From positions 256,001 to 320,000 of the forward strand of contig CBDBHR010000028.1 in assembly GCA_965205865.1 (NCBI GenBank): a stretch of 64,000 bases of DNA. Direction: 5' to 3'. The DNA is from a bacterium. GTDB taxonomy: Bacteria > SAR324 > NAC60-12. The notes under the pieces are model-generated. The model saw only the letters and a list, made by a program, of their open reading frames with translations, made no database searches and was not told where the DNA came from. Shown here in pieces: positions 59,801-64,000 of this stretch. Numbering within the stretch: position 1 is the stretch's first letter; the number at the start of each line of letters is the position of its first letter. The position numbers were made by a program, and so were the translations under genes.

Positions 59801-61046
59801 ACGGTGGTGCGAATCGGTAGACAATGGATAACTGCGCAGGATCAGTGACGCTTGAATCCGTATGGTGATAGATGTTGGTGCGCCCGGTGGCACAGTCGCC
59901 CATATTGTCACAAGAAAGCATACCAAGAATACCCTGAAAACCAGACGTCGCTGCAAGTTCCTGGCGCAGTGCGGCGCGATCTACATACAACTTTTCACCC
60001 TCTACCACCGCGACAGACTCAATTGCTTTGAGCAACAGCGTGGTTGCATCATAAGCATGCGCCCAATATGGAGACAAGGGTCCTCGACCATAAGAGGTTG
60101 CGAATGCGGAAAGGACGGCATCTGCATTCTTCCCGGTTGCAACATTGACGTTTGAACCGAAATCCGATTCTGGCCCCACAAAATAGATGTCTTCCGACAG
60201 AGACGTACCAAGAAAATCAGAAACCAATAGTGCTGCGCCAGTAATCAAGGTAACATCTGCGAGACTATCAAATTCTCGTGTTTGTTCGACAAAGGGGATA
60301 CCTTCAGCTTTAAAGATTGGGAAAAAGATACCATCCGGATTAGCAGCATCAAATTTTTTCAGGACGTCCCTCATATCCATGTCGGCCTTTTCAATACGGG
60401 CATATGCTACAATTAAACCACCAAAATCGCGAAATGCATTACTGAACGCACTAACAAGTAACGTTGTGTAAGGATCACCATCGTCAAGAGTCACCATTTT
60501 ACGCAATCCTAATTCACCATAAGCGAAGTCGGCAACAGCTTGCGATTGGTAGAGACCATTGATTGAAACCCTGAAATAGCCGGGATAATAATAAGAACTT
60601 GCATTTCCAGCAAGATCAGATGTGAGCAATGGGGAGGTATTAGATGGGGAGATCATCACCAAACCGGCTTCACTGATCACAGGCGAGGCCGCCACCGCAG
60701 CAGCTGAGCAAGACGTGCCGATGACGCCCAATACTTGTTGGTTAGCAATAATTTGCTCCGCAGCTTTATGACCTCCTTCAGGAGAGCACATGCTATCTAC
60801 AGATTCAGAAAGCATAATATCACGACCATGAATCTTGCCGAAGTCTTTTACTGCCAACTCGACGGCATAACGTTGTGTGTCACCTACTGACGGAGCACCT
60901 GTGTGTGAAAACAAGGAACGAATATGTATTGCTTCACCCACATCAAATTCAACTAATTGTTTGGCATAAACACCCAGAGGCAAGATGCAGGTAATCAAGA
61001 AAAACAAAGTGATTTTCATGGTATTTTTAGATTTTTCTTTATTCAT
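59799..61046 (-). CDS. Branched-chain amino acid ABC substrate-binding protein (LivK-like), orphan
   Basis: GVIGTSCSAA, ISPSNTSP, YFRV, AYDAT; GGAGG ribosome-binding site. Confidence 0.88.
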   Translation of the reverse strand: MNKEKSKNTMKITLFFLITCILPLGVYAKQLVEFDVGEAIHIRSLFSHTGAPSVGDTQRYAVELAVKDFGKIHGRDIMLSESVDSMCSPEGGHKAAEQIIANQQVLGVIGTSCSAAAVAASPVISEAGLVMISPSNTSPLLTSDLAGNASSYYYPGYFRVSINGLYQSQAVADFAYGELGLRKMVTLDDGDPYTTLLVSAFSNAFRDFGGLIVAYARIEKADMDMRDVLKKFDAANPDGIFFPIFKAEGIPFVEQTREFDSLADVTLITGAALLVSDFLGTSLSEDIYFVGPESDFGSNVNVATGKNADAVLSAFATSYGRGPLSPYWAHAYDATTLLLKAIESVAVVEGEKLYVDRAALRQELAATSGFQGILGMLSCDNMGDCATGRTNIYHHTDSSVTDPAQLSIVYRFAPP

Positions 61047-61190
61047 CGTATCCTCCATTGATTTTTTAATTTTACTGATGAAAAGGTTGGGAAATGTTAC
61101 TTCCTCAGCCTTCAGACATAAATGACCAAAAAAACGTCATAATTATTTTTATTAAAGATTCATGCGTTGATTAGATTAATATGTTTTTAA

Positions 61191-61440
61191 GAAAGTGCAA
61201 ACTTTTTTGCGTTAATTTATAAGCCAGTGATTTTCTTGAAGAAAGGAAAATTCTTTTGCACTTTCGCGACAGGTGTTGATCGCCAGTGTATTTCCATTTT
61301 GAGGCTAATAAAAGCCAGGAGTCGATAGCAAGAGTTTTCCACGGCGACAATTTCCATTGGCCGAGTTCTTCTTTTGAACTTTTTATTCAATCGTTCAATG
61401 ACATTGGTTGTTCTCAGAGAAATCCATTCCTCTTTTTGAA
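61191..61440 (-). mobile_element. IS256-family 3' remnant
   Basis: LRTTNVIERLNKKFKRRT; IS256-like end sequence at 61191-61215. Confidence 0.8.
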
Positions 61441-61744
61441 ACTGATGATTTAATTTGAATGATGACGACAATCTTCGTATAAATCCCTGCATTAAACAGC
61501 AAAATCGAACAGAAACATATTTCATTACCAAGATCGCGCGTGGAATGCGCAAATCAAAAAAAGCAGGAGATCGCCATGAATGATAGAAATCCCATAGAAG
61601 AGTACAATGAAATTTCAAGATGCAAAAACATTTTTACTGCAGCCCTCTTGAAGCTGCCGCAAATATTCAAGTGGCACCAGTACATTGTTAAATTAGTTTT
61701 GTAATGGTTTATCAGATTATTGCATGAATTTTGCATTTTGTTTT

Positions 61745-62105
61745 TGCGAAAGGAGTCGCCTGCGCAAATTCATGGAAATGCCAGACTAACCATAAAGCAA
61801 AGAGAAGCAGTTCGTCGCTTACATCATGAGGATCGTCGTACGATAGCATCTCTTTCAAGAGACTTTGGAGTCTCGCCTGATACGATCCTGAAATGGGTTC
61901 ACCGAGAATCCTCTTTTGATCGCAAGATGCCTTCTTCAAAACGTAAAAGAATCGTTGAGGAAGACTACCGTCAGGCTATTATTGAGTATCGTAAGCAGCA
62001 CCCCAATCATGGTAAACTTCGTATTGCCCGGGAACTTCGGGAAGCCTTTCCTCATGCAAGACCCAGTACTATTTTGAGGGTTCTTCAACAAGCCGGTTTA
62101 ATCGT
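61745..62105 (+). pseudogene. IS481-like transposase N-terminal (HTH) fragment
   Basis: IHGNARLT...SRDFGVSPDTILKWVHR...HPNHGKLRI...STILRVLQQAGL; no DDE core. Confidence 0.7.
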
Positions 62106-62149
62106 TGCTATATCCTATTCAAATCATTTAGTTCGTTATCTCGAACTCA

Positions 62150-62290
62150 GCTTAATAAAAGCAATGATCTTCATTTCTTTACCACAATTTGGGCATAACA
62201 GGGGATCCGCCTCGAAGATTTTATGGATCAGCCGTGCCCGGCTCGCGCTTGCCTTAGTCCTTCCTTTGATCTTTTTTACCGGGTCCGGGG
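62150..62290 (-). pseudogene. IS91-type transposase C-terminal fragment
   Basis: ARLIHKIFEADPLLCPNCGKEMKIIAFI. Confidence 0.72.
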
Positions 62291-62877
62291 TAGCGGAGGC
62301 CGAGAGGGTCGAGGTGCTGCGCGAGGGCGACATCGCCGGCTGGGAAGAGAAGACGTTCAGCGGCAAGACTTTGTACGAGACCTTTCGTCTGGAGGACAGG
62401 TCGGTGGTGCGCGCGACGAGCCGTGGCACCGCCTCGGGGCTCTACTTCAGGCTTCGAATCGACCTCGACAAGACCCCGTTCCTGCGCTGGAGCTGGCGGG
62501 TCGATGGGACGCTCGGCGATATCGACGAGCGAACGAAGGCCGGCGACGACTACAGCGCGAGGGTTTACGTGATTCGCTCGCACCCGGTATTTCTCTGGCG
62601 GACGCGCGCCGTGAACTACGTCTGGGCAAGCGCGCGGACCGCGGGCGAGACGTGGCCGAATGCGTACACGGATCGTGCGCAGCACGTTGCGGTCCGCTCC
62701 GGCGACACGCAGGCCGGCCAGTGGGTGGCCGAACGCCGTGACGTGCGGGCCGATTTCCGGGAGCTGTTCGGGGAGTCCGTCCGATACGTCGACGCGGTCG
62801 CGATCATGACCGATACCGACGACACCGGCGGTACCGCGGTGGCGTACTACGGAGACATCACGTTCTCGAGCGAGTGA
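62290..62877 (+). CDS. DUF3047-like domain (GC-rich), in frame with the upstream IS fragments (ORF 61720-62877)
   Basis: TPFLRWSWRV, GDDYSARVYV, NYVWAS, WPNAYT, AIMTDTDDTG. Confidence 0.8.
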   Translation, partial: VAEAERVEVLREGDIAGWEEKTFSGKTLYETFRLEDRSVVRATSRGTASGLYFRLRIDLDKTPFLRWSWRVDGTLGDIDERTKAGDDYSARVYVIRSHPVFLWRTRAVNYVWASARTAGETWPNAYTDRAQHVAVRSGDTQAGQWVAERRDVRADFRELFGESVRYVDAVAIMTDTDDTGGTAVAYYGDITFSSE

Positions 62878-63415
62878 GCACCGGCGTCCATTTGCTCAGG
62901 TCGTGCCCTGTGCCCGGTGCTCGTCAACAAAAACTGAGAGTTACGGAAAGAACACTTTACAATGCTCAATGGGATGCATGGGTCGCTGTTGGAGAGACCT
63001 GGATCCTTTGTTTCACTCCAGTGCAAACGTTTTGCTGAGATGTCGATCCCCAAATCCAGGGAGAAGTACGTCTTGAATCTTGTGCCCGCGAAAGCGGGTA
63101 TCAGATCATCACAAAATATGACGATCTAATGGAGGGCGGAAAAACCTTTATGAGCAAGGACTGATGTAATTTCAACTCTCAAATCCTTTTTTTTAAAAAA
63201 ACCTGTCAAAGAGTGGGGGGAAACTCAATCAAAATATTCAATTGCAGGATTTAGGTTTTATTATTTCTTTTTAGAAATGCTTGACTTACCATTTTAATCC
63301 CTTTATTCTGTCTCTGAAAGAGGTCAGATTTTGTTACATTTGAGCAAGATTTTCACTGCGTTTCGTTAAAATATCGTTAGAGATTGGCAAGAAATTTTTT
63401 AACTTTATGCCCTGC

Positions 63416-63731
63416 AGATAGGACGAAAGAGCAATAAGGCGATCTTTCGATTTCACGTCGGCGGACCGTCAGCAAGAAGGTCTAAAATTAACCTGTTTCA
63501 AGTATAAAAGAATCTTGACAGTAAGGTAGCTATGGAGATAGGACGGAAAAGCAATAAGTATTTCCGAGTTCCCAGTTCCCAGTTCGGCAGTTCCCAGTTC
63601 CCAGTTCCCATAAGAAGTGTCTAAAATTAACCTGTTTCAAGAAAATCATGGACAGTAAGGTCCGCTATGAGAGTAAACTCGGAAGCGAAAACCAGTCCTC
63701 CCAGTTCCCAGTTCCCATTCCCTGTTCCCAT
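63416..63731. repeat. Composite non-coding repeat with AGTTCCC heptamer tracts
   Basis: AGATAGGACG..AGCAATAAG (63416, 63536), GTCTAAAATTAACCTGTTTCAAG (63480, 63619), GACAGTAAGGT (63517, 63651); heptamers at 63567-63610 and ~63699-63731. Confidence 0.8.
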
Positions 63732-64000
63732 ATTCTTATCAGGTCTATCCTTGTTTCCAGTCTCATCAGGAGAAGCCTATGGTGAAATCACGTAAGCAGA
63801 AAATGAATTTTTATTCCTTCAACCTAAATAACAAGAAAGGAAAAATTTTGGAGATGACCAAAAATAAGAGAAGCCATGGTAGGGGGACGAAATCCCTGTT
63901 TAATTCAATCGTATTTGGAAAGGAAATTATCATGAAAAAGATAAAAATGAAAAAAAGGTTCGGGCTGAACCGCCAAAAAAGTAGAAGCATCGTCGAGAAC

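Noticed and set aside
63416-63731. CRISPR array
   Set aside because: Only two copies of each block, irregular spacing, low-complexity inserts, no cas genes.

Overview
Bacterial chromosomal window of moderate GC. Gene content (thiBP, Yej-like and Dpp-like ABC transporters, gltA, gltX, waaA, lpxC, gspC-like, leuA) points to a Gram-negative organism, possibly Deltaproteobacteria/SAR324-like; this is inference. Positions ~1-18300 are a decayed accessory region. It holds the 5' part of a nuclease-STAND (Avs-like) gene missed by the ORF track, IS5, IS630, IS200 and IS66 pieces, a SWIM-SNF2 helicase, several toxin-antitoxin pairs next to attC-like sites (no integrase in the window), a class C group II intron stub in an attC site, a GC-richer peptide ABC cluster, and a group II twintron. 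The inner intron of the twintron is ORF-less, appears complete, has non-canonical boundary and catalytic nucleotides, and its EBS1 matches a conserved motif in domain III of the host intron. Positions ~18300-59400 are mostly housekeeping genes with two tRNAs, a TPP riboswitch and a leucine attenuator. They also include unusual architectures: a receiver-LpxC fusion, a single-chain CTalpha-CTbeta-BC-BCCP carboxylase, an FGE-sulfatase protein with 171-bp tandem repeats and a divergent Hfq-like protein. Positions ~59400-64000 are again a mosaic of fragments. All calls come from reading motifs by eye; no database searches were run.
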